From: Octopus sinensis
Taxonomy: Eukaryota
Assembly: GCF_006345805.1 (NCBI RefSeq)
Contig: NW_021836289.1
Span: forward strand, 124,001 to 188,000
Reading direction: 5' to 3'
Length of the DNA: 64,000 nt
Of the stretch, positions 63,407 to 64,000 are shown in pieces (position 1 is the first letter of the stretch; the number at the start of each line of letters is the position of its first letter). The position numbers and the translations under genes were made by a program. The notes beneath the pieces were generated by a model that saw only the letters and a program-made list of their open reading frames with translations, had not been told where the DNA came from and did not search any database.

Positions 63407-63900
63407 ATGAAGAGGTCCAGCGAAATTGAAATTAAAAAAACTGAATCAACGTTTGACGAAATTTCTTTATATTCGCAAAGCAAATTCGACGATAGCTCAA
63501 CTGATTCAACACCTGATACAATAAAAATGAATAGAAGAAAGACAGAATTTAATTTAAATTATGTAAGGTCTACTGACGAGGAATCGGACTTAGTGAACGA
63601 ATACAAAAAAGAATTGATTCTCATGATGCCGTACGTTGAATCAATTTGTATTATTTATATATTTACATGAAAGCAAAAAGAGCCAAGGAAATAGACTTGT
63701 AGACATTTCTTATAAAAAGTCAACAAAATGTGACAATAAAATTCTTGAACTATCTTTAAATTCTACTGAAGAAAGGATTGCCTGTATACTTGAGGTATTT
63801 ATAAAATGTATTATGTTAGAATTCAATCTGCATTACACATGATTTGAACACGTTCAGTTGTAGACAGAACAGAATAGAACTAAACAATCCTAATTGTTGT
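63407..63900 (+). CDS. Hypothetical protein, 5' exons
   Basis: ATG after an AT-rich stretch with consecutive overlapping ORFs. No family recognised. Confidence 0.3.
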
Positions 63901-64000
63901 TCTATTGGACCATCTGGAAAAAATATACTTATTTCGTTGATAATTTTTATAATTTTTTAAGAGGGTTTGATTCAATCTGTAAAATTTGGACTCATGATAT

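Overview
Eukaryotic, AT-rich, transposon-saturated window from an animal: it carries an Lhx1/5 LIM-homeobox gene, a BET bromodomain gene and a Raf fragment. Introns are tiny (about 19-29 nt in the ones I measured) and housekeeping proteins are very diverged. This points to a reduced parasitic metazoan such as a myxozoan cnidarian, with a dicyemid as the alternative; the taxon is inference only. Apparently intact multi-exon genes: Tudor-SN/SND1 (seemingly missing one SN repeat) head-to-head with MED18, POLR3C, RPSA, Lhx1/5, a BET protein, transaldolase, ABHD16A and a sphingosine-kinase-like gene. Decayed host-gene pieces: CPVL-like carboxypeptidase, squalene epoxidase, and a Raf fragment joined directly to a POLR2B fragment. 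Mobile DNA: an IR-DR Tc1 element, several Tigger/pogo elements, two Ginger elements, Buster-type hATs, Ingi/Vingi-like LINEs (one with a 2A-like DIEQNPGP motif), about ten CRE-clade segments and R4/RTE-like relics. The most striking structure is a 6.7 kb Tigger-LINE-CRE-Tigger block that sits in one TA site inside the Tc1 terminal repeat, like a composite transposon. Two Tigger families also each carry a host-sized micro-intron, at different positions. No rRNA gene, complete tRNA or CRISPR array was recognised. All family assignments are by motif recognition, not database search. Many homopolymer frameshifts could be sequencing errors.
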